Positions 24,201 through 35,999 of a stretch of 64,000 nt of DNA are shown here, in pieces. The stretch is from Takakia lepidozioides. Lineage: Eukaryota; Plantae; Bryophyta. The position numbers and the translations under genes were made by a program. Where the stretch lies: assembly GCA_030704615.1 (NCBI GenBank), contig CM060731.1:86056001-86120000 (forward strand), written 5' to 3'. The notes under the pieces were generated by a model. The model was given only the letters and a program-made list of their open reading frames with translations, was not told the DNA's origin and ran no database searches. The stretch's first letter is position 1. The number at the start of each line of letters is the position of its first letter.

Positions 24201-27180
24201 TCAGATCTGGGACTTAGCCATTCTCGGCCCCAACCTGGGAAAATGGCGCCGCATTTCCAGTTCAGGGCCCCGAAAATGGCTAAGTCATTGGGGTGTCTGG
24301 CACCGAAACTGGAAATTCGGTCCCATTTTTTCACTTCCGGGTCCAGTCAGTTGTAGGACTTAGCCATTTTCGGCCCCAACCTGGGAAAATGGCGCCGAAT
24401 TTCCAGTTCAAGGCCCCGAAAATGGCTAAGTCCCTTGGGTGGTTGGCACCGAAACCGGAAATTCGGCGCCATTTTTCCAGTTCCGGCCCCAGTCAGTTCT
24501 GGGACTTAGCCATATTCGGCCCCAATCTGGGAAAATGGCGCCGAATTTCCAGTTCAGGGCCCCGAAAATGGCTAAGTCCATGGGGTGGCTGGCACCAAAA
24601 CTGGAAATTCGGGGCCATTTTTCCAGTTCCGGGCCCAGTCAGTTTTGGGACTTAGCCATTTTCGGCCCCAATCTGGGAAAATGGCGCCGAATTTCCAGTT
24701 CAGGGCCCCAAAAATGGCTCAGTCCCTGGGGTGGCTGGCGCCGAAACTGGAAATTTGGCGCCATTTTTCCAGTTCCGGGCCCAGTCAGTTCTGGGACTTA
24801 GCCATTTTCGGCCCCAATCTGGGAAAATGGCGCCAAATTTCCAGTTCAGGGCCCCGAAAATGGCTTAGTCCCTGGGGTGGCTGGCACCGAAACTGGAAAT
24901 TCGGCGCCATTTTTCGCGTCTATTTTGCAGTTTCATTCCCTAAAATTTACCTTGTTCCCGGGTTCTCATTATGTGTGTATTTCTTGAATGCAGGTACTGC
25001 AAGTTCTCCCTTTTGGAGAAAGGTCATCTGTCCTTCGAGCCGCCATTCTTCCTCGCATGGAGGAACCCTGGGGCTGACTCCATGTACATTGACGTTATTG
25101 TGAAGGAGTGGCATCTGGAACATTTGCGCGACTGCCCTTGGTATGTGGACCTTCCGCCCGGCTCGCTCGACTCATCCGAGTTTCAATTGAAGCTGGATGC
25201 GGAGGCCCGACGAAACCGGGCTCCACTGCCTCCGCTAGGTCCAAAGGAGGCGAAAGCGCTTGCCAAGTCTAGGAAAGCGGCATACCTTGCTCAGGCAGGT
25301 ATTCAGGAGAAATTGAATGAGAAGAATAAAGGTCAAAAGAAAAGGACACGGAAACAGGGGAGTACAGTAACCCCCAAAAAACAGAAAACCATCGGGGCAC
25401 CAGAGGAGGCGCAGGAGGGGCCCCAAGGGAGTGACTCCGACGACGACTTTGTGCAAGGTCCTGCGACTGCTGCTGCTGGTACCAAGTCACCGGTCGTCCG
25501 GGTTCCCAAGTCAGTTCGGACTGGGACTGGCTCTGCCAAGAAGTTGGCATTTGAGGGCAAGCCTACACGGCGGTATTCGGCGGTGACGTTTCCGCAGAGG
25601 CCAAAGCTAGAACCCCCAACCATCATCCAATGTGTCAATGAGAGCTTCCTTGACGCTCTGGCTGCCAGGGCGAAGAAGGTGGCACACAACAAGTCTGTGG
25701 AGGAGTTGAAGGGGAAAGCCAAGAAGAGGGCTCCCGGTACAGAGCCTAAAGACACCCCTGGTTTCGAATCCATGATGGAATTTTTCACGGCTGTGAGCAC
25801 GGATTGCAAGAGCACTCAGGGGGGGGGTTGAGGTGGAGAGAGCCTGCGATATGATGATGTGGCAAGGTGGACATCGAAAAGTGTCACCCCGGTCCTCCTC
25901 AAAAAATGGTTCTGCATCAATACGCAGGGGTTGCGAACAGAGGGCCAGAGTGTCAGTTATCAATCTATTGCATTCACTTCATATTGTGGTGTATCTGAAC
26001 TAGACCCTGGAGTTGATCCCTCTTTTGTTGGATGTGCAGACATTGGTGTTTGAGGCATATTGTTGTGTGAAGAGAGGGTCTACGTTCAAATTCCGCAACG
26101 ACGGTCGTCTTGTTGATGCCGCTGTGGACCCTGTTACCTACAATGTCCTCTACAACTATGTGCCCCACTCCAGTATGCCAAAGGACACAAAGACAGGCAA
26201 ACCGTGGCGGTACAGCCGGACCCGGAGCCCTGCTTTCATCCAAACCCTCATGGAGACATGCTCGGATGTCCAAGGGCGGATTCTTGATCTCACATGCGGC
26301 ACGGGTAAGCCTTCACGTGCACAGTTTGTCCCCTGACCCGATTGCAATTGCATGTCGCATGCTACTAACTGCTCGCTTTGTCCATCAGGTGCTTCAATGT
26401 GGGCAGGGACGTTGTCCGACAGGCATGTCTTCGCCTTCGAGCCAGATACTGCCCTCCACAACTCGGAACTTGCAGCGGCTGAACGTCTGCCAAAAGAGGA
26501 AGAGGCATCCTCGGAGGATGAGGAAGAATCCGACAAGGAGCAGGGGGAGGTACAAGTTGGGATCGAGGCCGAGGAGCCCCCGGTTTATGAGTGAGTGGTC
26601 GCATTGTAAGTTGCCTCCTGATTTCGTGAGGCACCTCCCTTTGCTCTATTATTTCATTGAAAGACCCTTTGTGCTTCTGCTGGTATTGACATTCTTGAAG
26701 TGGATTTGTTCTTACTGTAGGATGCCAAGTACTACAGGAGGGACGTCTACACCGTTGTTTATGGGCAGGAGGAACGTGCATTTTTTTGCCAGGGGGGATT
26801 TCATGCCGAGTCTAGAAAGGGATTACATCCTTCCTACTTATGATGCCCGGCTTGCTTCGGTGTCCGTTATGAGGTCTTCCGAACCTAGTCATGTACAACA
26901 GATTTTAGACGGGGCAAACCTCAAGAAAATGAAGAAGAGGGAGGAGGCATCAGCTATTAGAGCCCGTCAGGCTCGTAGATTTGTCTTGGATTCTGCTGAG
27001 GAAAGTGGGGGAGAAGAGGCAGAAGATTCCCAGGAGGTGAGGTGGACAGTCCCCCAAAGAGAGGACGGTATTTTTGAGAGGCATAGTGGAACTGATGCAT
27101 CTCATAGCTCAGAGGATGGGGGGGATGAGGGGGATGAGGAGGAAGGTGGGGCAAGTTCCTCGGAGGGTGTAGGAGAGTAG
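21240..27180 (+). pseudogene. Multi-exon gene: low-complexity N-terminus, ParB/Srx-like domain, helical region, N6/N4 DNA methyltransferase-like C-terminal module, acidic tail; lightly decayed
   Basis: Inferred frame-compatible GT-AG introns at 22781-22900, 23091-23193, 23690-23784, 24000-24993, 25952-26039, 26305-26388 (TACTAAC branch) and 26591-26720. ParB-like IPLCRL..VR..DIDKL..SF..G...FYVWDGNHRLLAW. The spliced sequence RSPAFIQTLMETCSDVQGRILDLTCGTG/ASMWAGTLSDRHVFAFEPD matches MTase motifs X-I-II. TGA at 22692 and 25829, frameshift near 23470. Start codon uncertain. Confidence 0.8.
24090..24915. repeat. Intronic tandem array of a 146-bp unit (about 5.6 copies)
   Basis: Each unit has GGAAAATGGCGCCGAATTTCC and its inverse GGAAATTCGGCGCCATTTTTCC. 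The period shows in ORF starts 24293/24439/24585. The array lies entirely within intron 24000-24993. Confidence 0.95.
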
Positions 27181-27959
27181 TGCCCATTCCGGCTATGACA
27201 GTTAGGACACACTTGTATAGATGTGGCTTGCCACAAAATTTGCAATAAAATGTTGCATTTCATTGCTATGACGAGTCCACTGGTGCCAAATTCCAACTTC
27301 ATATGACCATATTTCCATGCCTCCTAACCCTATTTCCGTGGACACACAATGGTCCGCTCATGCTTTTTTTTTTGCCGCTCATGAAATAGCAGCCCCCCCC
27401 CCAAAACCATATTTTTCTTCCCTCGTTTGCATTCCAAGGTTGAGTTCTCTTCAAGTTCATGCATTGTTGATAAGCATATTTCTCAATGTTGCTCATCTTT
27501 TGCGACTTTGCATATGTGTTCTGGACATATTTAAGCACGTGTGGACCAAATATGAGCTTGAACCAAATTCATTCAATGGGTCATTCAAGTGTTGAACGCA
27601 TCTACGTGTTTTAGAGACGGAAAACTGCGTTTTGTTTGTACATGATTTTTTTTTAAATTCCGTTCTTAAACCATATGCTTGATGACAACATATGCAATGT
27701 GCGTGAAAATTTTGAGAATGAATAAAAACAATTTGGCCCCAAAACCTTATTTTCTTCCCTCATTTGCACTCGAAAATTGAGTTGTCTTCCACTTCATGTA
27801 CTCTTCATAGAGAGTTCTGTAATAGTGAACGGAAATATATATATATATATATGTTTTTTGTTTTTTTTTTGGGTCCAATCTTTTGCATGGATGTAGTGGT
27901 GCAAGGGTCGAATTCAGAGAACAGCCAAAAAAACATTTATTACGTAGCAGCAATCCCCA

Positions 27960-28391
27960 ATCCTAGGACCCCAGGCAAGAGGGTACTCCGACGCCCCAGC
28001 AGGTCTGCGACTACGGGGAATCGCGACCTCGCCATTGTGGCACTTCTGCAACGTCGCGACGTCGCAAACCCTAGCTTGAGCTGGCTCGACCCTCCCCAAG
28101 CACCTAAGTGGGAGGGGGTGTTGTTGTGATTCCCGGGAGCCACAGCCTTGCGGGAGCATCGCAGAGGGCACGTGCGACGCCAAGGCGTCGCAACCCCCAG
28201 CTCACTGGCAGGTCATGCCCCAATTGCAGCGACATGGCGGCAACGCAAGATGGCGAAGCGTCACCGGAGCGGCTTTGTGGCGACGCTCCGACGCCGCAAT
28301 TCCCGGGCCGGGCGCGGCAGTTGCAGGAGGGTCGGCGCGTCCGGCGCGCCCGGGGTCCCGGCGTCGCTAACCCCCCTTGAACGTAGTAGTG
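27960..28391. mobile_element. One end of a probable CACTA (En/Spm) element
   Basis: Ends ...ACGTAGTAGTG (CACTACTACG on the minus strand) exactly where the SWIM ORF homology to the 7737-8057 copy breaks. GC-rich GCGACG/CGTCGC subterminal repeats. Partner end not found. Confidence 0.6.
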
Positions 28392-31300
28392 TCCTGGTCT
28401 TCCCGCATCTTCAAACGGCACAACATAATATAGTATATGTGCTTGCAATGGGTGTAAGGTCCTTTTGCAGTTTTTATTTTGTCAAAGTCAAGGCAGGTGC
28501 ACTCCGGATTTCTAGATATGCAAACATTGTACACCTCCCCTGCTTTGGCTGATCCCGGTGTGCTCAGTGTGTACACACGTCCAATTCCAAGGCGGGGAAC
28601 ATCTTTGAATGATTGAACTGTGGCCTTCAAAGATTGTGCTAGGTCGATCTTCTTCCGCGCGAGTGTTGACTGTTTCTTCCGTCGGAAGACTCTGTCCCAT
28701 CTTTTTGTGGAGAGTATGTCTGGATCGAGGTTATTGCAATCTTCCGCAACACTGTCCCATTCACCCTGGACAGTGCTCATATCCTCTGGGGGAACAAGTC
28801 AAAATCCTGCTTTGGTCAAGGCGTCAACCTCCACCTGACTTAGCTTGGTCCCAACCATCACAGGTCATATGTCGGGAACATCAGGTCTGTCGAGCACATA
28901 TCGCCTAGATTCACCACCGACACAGTAGACGATGTCGGTTGGACAATGCCACATTTCCATCATCTTCAGTTTCACCAGAGCCGGAGGATGGTAGCGACCA
29001 ACATACCTTGGAGCTGGAACACCCAAACTCTGGAATGGCCGGATTTCCTCTTTGCATGGCTTGGTGCTGTCAGACCGTACTGCCCAGCACTTCACTCGTG
29101 AAGTGTTCGAAGTTCGAGCAATGTGCCAGCATGTCGTGAACACTGCGGTCTCCAAAATAGGTTTTCTGTTCTATACTGGAAGGTCATCCTCCAAAGTTTC
29201 TGCAGACATGTCGACAGTACTTATGCTCACTCTTCGTCCACCGGCACCTTCAGGTCGCCTGGGTGTCGTTCGGAGGTTTAAGTCAGACATCCAAGAATGA
29301 ACGTGTTCCTTGTCTTGTAAGTTGCTGAGAACAATCTTCCGTTTTGTTGTTCGAGTGACAAGGTCACCCTCCAGCCCTGGATTTCTACCATGAAGCTCAG
29401 TGCCATCTACGAAAGATTTCACCGCTTCAGCCATTTTAGCAGGGTCAAACAAGCGGGATGCCGCACGGGCTAGTAATTGTTCGCGGTCAGGTCCGGAACC
29501 CTTAGCCCCACCCTTCAAATAATTGTTGTAAGAAGATGATTGCAGAATTGCCCTTGTCATGTTGTTCCGGGTGGCTGTATACAGGTCGACCTTTAACACA
29601 CCGCTCCCAGCCTGCCAGCTTGCATGTACCGCCTCCAAAATATTGACATTTGGCACTGCAACGTTCTCCTCCAGCTCCAAACCCTGCAAGAGACATGTCC
29701 AAATCGGCATCAAAACAAGCACAAAGTCGGTGTAGACTATAAGTATCACAGGCAATGCCGGACCAATAACGAACCGATAACCACATAATCGTTGCAGACT
29801 ATAAGTACCATAGACATGGTTGGACCAATAACCAACCAACAACGAACTGATAACCGTATAGTCGGTGCAGACTATAAGTACCCTAGACATGGTTGGACCA
29901 ATAACGGACCAACAACGAGCGGTTAAGCCCATAGTCGGTACAGACTATAAGTACCACAGAAAGTGCCGGACCATTTGCCAACCCACAATGAACCAATATG
30001 CAATAGCCCATAGTCGGTGCAGACTATAAGTACCACAGAAAGTGCCGGACCATTTGCCAACCCACAATGAACCAATATGCAATAGCCCATAGTCGGTGCA
30101 GACTATAAGTACCATAGAAAGTGCCAGACCATTTGCCAAACCACAATGCACCAATATGCAATACCCCATAGTCGGTGTAGACTATAAGTACCACAGACAA
30201 TGCCTAAAAGGGTTTTATCCGATGACATAGTCGTTACAGACTATATAAGACTTTAATCCACTTTCTGGAAAGCAGATGTGAGAGAACCAAGGTAGAAGAA
30301 AATGGGTTAGACACTCAAGGAATATCTCCTCGTGCGATAATGTAGTCAGTGCAGACTATAAAGTGAATGTTCATTTCCTAAACAACATGTGCGCAAACCC
30401 AATTAGGTACAAACTGAGGTATAGAAATGATACTATAGAAAGCATGATGTGCTCATGTGAGCGGACGAAGATGTGACCAAAACCAACTGGGTGCACAAAC
30501 AAAGGCGTAAATAATATTCAATTTTGAAATCTGCATTGCAATAGTCGGTGCAGACTATGAAACAGAAGGTTTGCTCACGTGAGCGGCCCGAAAGAAGTGG
30601 ACATAAGAAGACACAAGATGGAGAAATGGAAGCGTAGGAACATTGTTATCTTGCGCGACACCGGAAGACGACCACCAGGCACGGATGGCCAGAAACGACA
30701 CCTCTGCTTCAGCTTCGGGACTTGTTGCTCTCCACTTTGACAAAGCTGGATATGTGCTTTCTGCAGGTTTTGGGATATGTACTTTTTTGTCCATTTGTCC
30801 TGGCTCTGGCCCCAATGGAAGCCACATGTCCTCTCCCGACCGGGCATTGGTTCCCCCCCTCCATACACTTGACGAACGGCAGCCCAGTTCACATTTGCAT
30901 TGTCTGCCATGAATCCTCGGAAATGTGGTGGGCCCTTCCCTGCTCTTCGTATCTAATCATTGATGCTCTCCCACATGATTACTTGTGATGCTGTATCCTC
31001 TGATTTCATTTCATAAATTGCGATCGTCATAAGCTTCCGGTAGTTCGGATGATACACGTGACATGCCATTGTGCTCCAGCCGTCTATTCGCTTGACGTTG
31101 TCGAACATAATCCAGCTCGATCCCAGCTACCCCCCCCCGGGCCGCATCATGTCCACCAGATGCACTCCACAGCCTTTACCAACAGTTGACATCTTGAAGA
31201 CATAACATCTTTCATCCATACTCCCTTGGCCTGGGAACCGGCTCCCCTGGATATAGTCGTACCCGCTCCACTTTTTCATTGTTAGCAAAGCTTCTACATC

Positions 31301-32237
31301 ACTCCCAATCCCCCCATTTCTGCTTTTTTCTTGTGTGTTTCGTAACGAACACCACATCTGCCCACTGCACCGATCTCCTCCATGAGCTCCTCGAACTGCT
31401 CATCATCTAGCCTCCATCTCTCTGTTGCACCTGGAGATAACACCTTGTCCATGATGATTGATTCGGCAACAGACACTATTTTGGGCCTTGCAGAGGATGA
31501 CTTTTGGATCTCTTCCGCAATTGTACTTTTCGCCTTTGCTGCCGCTTCCTGACATATTACAGGTGCAGATTGGTATGAATAGTTGCCAACATGCACGGCT
31601 ACTCTTACACAACATCACCATCTACGATCCTTGGCAAGCATTTGACCTTCTTCACTTCTGCAATCTCAAAATTAATCTTTCCAAGCTGCGATTTGGAATC
31701 TAGGTGCAGAAGCTTCAGCACATCCACTGTAGATGGCCCGGAATGTGGGAATGCAGCCTTGTTGCCAATAAACTCGCATTGCCACAATTTCTGGGGAGGT
31801 GATGCGGATTTTCCCAGAGTGCTCTCCCGCCTTCCACTGCTGGATTTCAAAACCACACAATCCTCACTCTCGCCATTAGAAAGCTCAATGCTCTCTGTTT
31901 TGACGATAGGGGCACCCCTGACATAAGCAAGCGTAGGATGCTCACGAGTGGTGGACAGCCTATCCATTGTTGCACGGACACCAAATACTATGTATACGAC
32001 CTCACCTGTAAATGGCAGAACCCATGACTTATTCCCGGGGTCTCGAACTGGATCCAAGATGCGGGTTACGGTGACGCCCCCTTCACTCATCTCCTCCTCC
32101 TCAACAACAAGGGAGAGAGGGTCTAGATTAAACCTTCCAAGTATTACTTTGTCAGGAAGAAACACCTGGTCTCCCTGTGCCTTCACCTTAACAAGATTGG
32201 TGTCAGGTGGACATTGCAGCCTCACAAACCGGTCCAT
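28392..32237 (-). pseudogene. Second, divergent Mutator-like transposase (GCM region deleted)
   Basis: YDYIQGSRFPGQG..YVFKMST, WIMFDNVKR, FMADNA, CGFH, PNVNILEAVH and SWIM. The intron acceptor (exon restarts at 29683) is at the same protein position as in the 14262-17851 copy. Confidence 0.85.
29720..30560. repeat. Intronic array of the ATAGTCGGTGCAGACTAT palindrome; core 79-bp tandem unit
   Basis: Units start at 29931, 30010, 30089 and 30168, with looser copies on both sides. Confidence 0.9.
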
Positions 32238-32639
32238 GTTGGGCTGCCTCAAAGCTGTGCCACACTCCTGGACTTGAAATGTACAAACTGGGGTACTCTG
32301 CCAAATGCGCCTAGCGTGTGAGCACAGAGGCAGATGAGGAGAAGCAAGTGCAAGCATGCAATGGATCTTTGGGACGGATTAACGAACTATACGACACCAA
32401 CGGTAAAACATAAATGCAAATGTAATTTTTCATCCGTCAGGGGTCGAATGGGAACTGTCACTGCACCAAGTGACAAAGGCACATTCAGCTGGCAACGGCC
32501 ATTCCCTAATTGCCATTGACGTGTTCTTCCTCTGAATGAGTGCTACAAATGAATTCAGGGAAAGTGGAGTGGCTTATTGTGGTTGCCGACCACGACTATT
32601 TGAACGGCATGTAGAGAGCTATATAGGAGGGGGAGAGAT

Positions 32640-34373
32640 TTCTTCTTAAGAAAATACACCATAGTGTATCAGCTAGAGGAATTATCCGCAAAGATCAAGA
32701 AATAGCGGGCACCACCAAGAGAGGGTGTTTGCATAGGCCCACACAAGTCAGAGTGCACCAATTTTAATGGAGCATTGGCTCGAACCACTTTATGAGTAGG
32801 GAAGCTGGACTTGTGATGTTTCCCTAAGACACAACCTTCACATAAAGGTAGGGGAGAGGATAGAGGTGGAAGGCCAGTGACCATGGTTGTGGTAGACATA
32901 TGTTGAAGAGCATTGAAATTTAAATGTCCCAGTCTATGGTGCCATTTAATTGTGTCTACCTCAGAAGAATAAGTGTGACACAACAGAGAGGGAAGTGGAA
33001 CTGGAAGGTAGTCCGATACCTATAGGATAAACTCTCCCGGCTTGTGGACAATGAAAGATTATTTTCTTACCAGTAGGAGTAGAGGCTGTGATAGTGTAGT
33101 GACCAGAAGAAAATTGCACCGTACTATTTCCTTTACTTGTAAGCTGACCCACAAAAAGCAGATTCTTAGCCAAAGCTGGGACATATAAGACATCATCTAT
33201 AATGGTCACTTGACCAGTAGACACCTTGAAAGAAACAGTGCCCAATGCCTATAGCTTGATGCTAACCATCATCCCCCATGTATATAGTACAAGGGTTGGG
33301 TAATGACTCATAGACTTGAAACCACTCTTGTCTAGGTGTCATATGTTGGGTGGCTCATGAATCTAAGTACCAAGTCTCATGAAAGTCTTGACTATTGTTA
33401 GAGACTGTAGTAAAGAGATGCAATGGTTCTGGATCAAAGGTAGCAGTATTGCCAAAGTTAAATTGGGCAAATTACCGTGAGTTGAAACAAATGAGTGCCA
33501 AGAAGAGGGAAGTGCCGCAAGCAAAAACATAATTTGCTAGTCTTCAGTAATTTGTAGACCTGCAATGGCAGCATCATCAAGTGCGCCTTGCCATTCTTCC
33601 AAAAACTTGGTGACAGACCGCGATTCGGAGAGGGTTAAATTTATAATTTGCTTATGTATTGCGATTTGAGAAGCTTTATTCGTATGTTGGTAGGTTGCCT
33701 TGAGCTTATCTCATACTGCCTTTGCAGTGGTAAGAACTCTCACTGGATTTGACAATCTCCACAGTGCAAGATGATGTCGGCACGAGCCTTGCCATCTCGC
33801 ACTTTCCAAGCGGCTTGTAAAACTGCATCTGCAACACCCGGGTCAGGGTCGCTTCCTGAAACAACTTGCCACAATTCGGATCGCATTAATAGCATCTCCA
33901 ACTTAATGCTCCAAACTGAGTAGTTGACGCTGGTCAACTTCTCAATCTGATAAGCTCGTGGAGGAAGCAGCCATGAGAGACCTTTTGGTCTATGGCAGAG
34001 CGTAAGCCCTTGCTTATACAGTTTCAAATGCTATGGATTGGTTGAGCACTAGAGGCTGTGATACCATGTGAAAATATGTTAGAGGATCATTTGAGCAATA
34101 CAAGAGATAGAGATTGAATTCTCTACATGTTGATGTATTAAAATGAGAGAGAGAGAGAACACTTAAGGGTTCTGCCTAAAGGCATAGTGTGAACAGTCAT
34201 AACCCTAAGTACAGGCACAACTGTCTAACTACCTCTACCAATTGAATACATTCTAGAGTATCATGAATAGGTGCAATGCTTGGTGATGATGAATGAGGAA
34301 CTTTGTTAGAGGATGTTGATGAAATCCCTCACCTGCCTCAAGCCAGGATTAACCACACTTCAACATTGCAACA
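32640..34373 (-). mobile_element. Truncated Ty1/copia element: 5' LTR, gag, protease, GAG-pre-integrase, start of integrase
   Basis: EKLTSVNYSVWSIKLEMLL, WYLDS.ATQHMT, WHHRLGHLN..CEGCVLGK, LVHSDLCGP. The LTR 3' end is at 34067; its far end (~34373) is approximate. Confidence 0.9.
34054..34066 (-). promoter_or_regulatory. Copia primer-binding site (tRNA-iMet type)
   Basis: ..CACA TGGTATCACAGCC, against the canonical TGGTATCAGAGC. Confidence 0.85.
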
Positions 34374-35198
34374 TGTAAACAAATGGGAAGAGTTTGAGAA
34401 GTGAGGGAAAGGACAGAATGGATGGACCTGCACAAGGGGGCCAGGGAGAGGAAGAAAAAGAGTCTGCCACCAAATGAGAAAAGTAGTAACAAAAACCATT
34501 AGTGTTTAGCTTATACACAGAACCGCCAAGGGGAAGCAAAAACGAGGTGTTAGGAGCCCAAGCGGGAACAAACGTTTTTCTAATTATTTGTGTTTGTTAA
34601 GAGTTTGCCTCCATGTCTTGGTTGGAATGATGTCTATAGAACTTAAACGCTCAAGACTCTCGGACTGTAGCACGTATAGTGATTCCCAGATTGGCTATGG
34701 CTCACACCACCACAGTAACTCGTTTGTAGGTGCGAGATGGATCTGCAGCTGCACAAAAGCAACACAACGCATACACTTGTATAAGCTGATTTCCCTCTCT
34801 TCCTCTATACAATACCAAGAGACATAGGTACACACAACATTACTCAATATCAGCCATGTTGACGGTTTGGCGATTCCCAAATGCACCACGCTATTTGATA
34901 ATAAACTGGGAAATGTGGAGCAATGCAAGTTCAGTCACGGACCCAACTTGGCCGCCGGTTCTATCCCTGTTTGCAGAAACATTGTAATGAAAGGACAATT
35001 GGCAATTTCTGCTGCCAAATCACTCAGCAAAGGTTCAATAAATAGTCACGTAGCAAGATGCCCATCCTTAAAGCAGCCATCCCTTATCTACCTTCCTCAC
35101 CACCAGATAACATCCACCACTCATTTGACCTCCCATACTGAGACTGCGTCAGACGATTACAGGGAGGGTGTGACGACCAGATTTCAGCAACTCGATAA

Positions 35199-35331
35199 TG
35201 AAGTTGAATGATTGCACCAGGAAGGATCCATTCCCTTTGCCATTGTGTTAGACACTGTGGCAGGCCATGAGATGTACTCATTCATGGATGGCTTCAGTGG
35301 TTACAATCAGGTGCAAGTGGCAGAGGAGGAC
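35199..35331 (+). pseudogene. Ty3/gypsy RT fragment, 5' half
   Basis: KLNDCTRKDPFPLP..VLDTVAGHEMYSFMDGFSGYNQVQVAEED, stopping at a TIR. Confidence 0.9.
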
Positions 35332-35764
35332 GGGGGACTGCTATTTCATGAGTGGCATGAACATGAGCGACATGAGCATGAGCGGAAAAAAAAAAAGCAT
35401 GAGCGGACCATTGTGTGTCCACGGAAATAGGGTTAGGAGGCACGGAAATAGGGTCATATGAAGTTGGAATTTGGCACCAGTGGACTCGTCATAGCAATGA
35501 AATGCAACATTTTATTGCAGATGATGTCTGTTCACTGCCAAATTTTGCATGCACATTGCACATGTTGTCATTAAGCATATGGTTTAAGAATGGAATAAAC
35601 TTATTTCCTCAACAGACTCTGGCATGTAAAGACCCTGCAAAGTTTTCCCCGGGATACAACAAAGACGAAAATGGATTTGGAAAACTAGGAAGTTATGGCA
35701 CTGAGCTGTTTTCTAAATTGACAGAGACATTTCTTGAAATTATGATCAGCTCAGAGCCTGCATA

Positions 35765-35990
35765 TGGCATACTCCCTCCTTCTGCAGCTTCATCACTGAA
35801 ATGGTTGGAGATGGAATGCCTGGAGGATGCTTGCATTGTTTTTTTGCACTGTCTCCATAGAGAGTCAACGATCGTTGAAGCTTTTAATTGCGTAATAATT
35901 GATGAGGATGCACAACAAATAGAAGCAGAGACTGCTATTATCACCCAGATGAAGGAACTGAAGCAGATCATTCTTGTTGGAGATCACTCG
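35765..35990 (+). pseudogene. Fragment of a Upf1/Sen1-like superfamily-1 helicase
   Basis: CLEDACIVF...FNCVIIDEDAQQIEAETAII...KQIILVGDH corresponds to Walker B and motif III. Confidence 0.7.
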
Positions 35991-35999
35991 GTGTATAAA

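Larger units (their letters stand above)
13437..27397. mobile_element. Large (~14 kb) Mutator-like DNA transposon with transposase, accessory ORF and ParB-methyltransferase cargo gene
   Basis: Left end GAGGTTAGCTATTTCATGAGC; right end GCTCATGAAATAGCAGCCCCC; CATGAGC subterminal repeats. The left end interrupts an RT. The same palindromic motif recurs in three internal arrays. Confidence 0.8.

Noticed and set aside
24057-25103. Repetitive ORFs across the 146-bp array
   Set aside because: They lie inside an inferred intron, and the frame shifts with each unit.
21240-27180. Bacterial or phage contamination as the source of the ParB-MTase
   Set aside because: The gene has seven spliceosomal-type introns and is embedded among plant retroelements.
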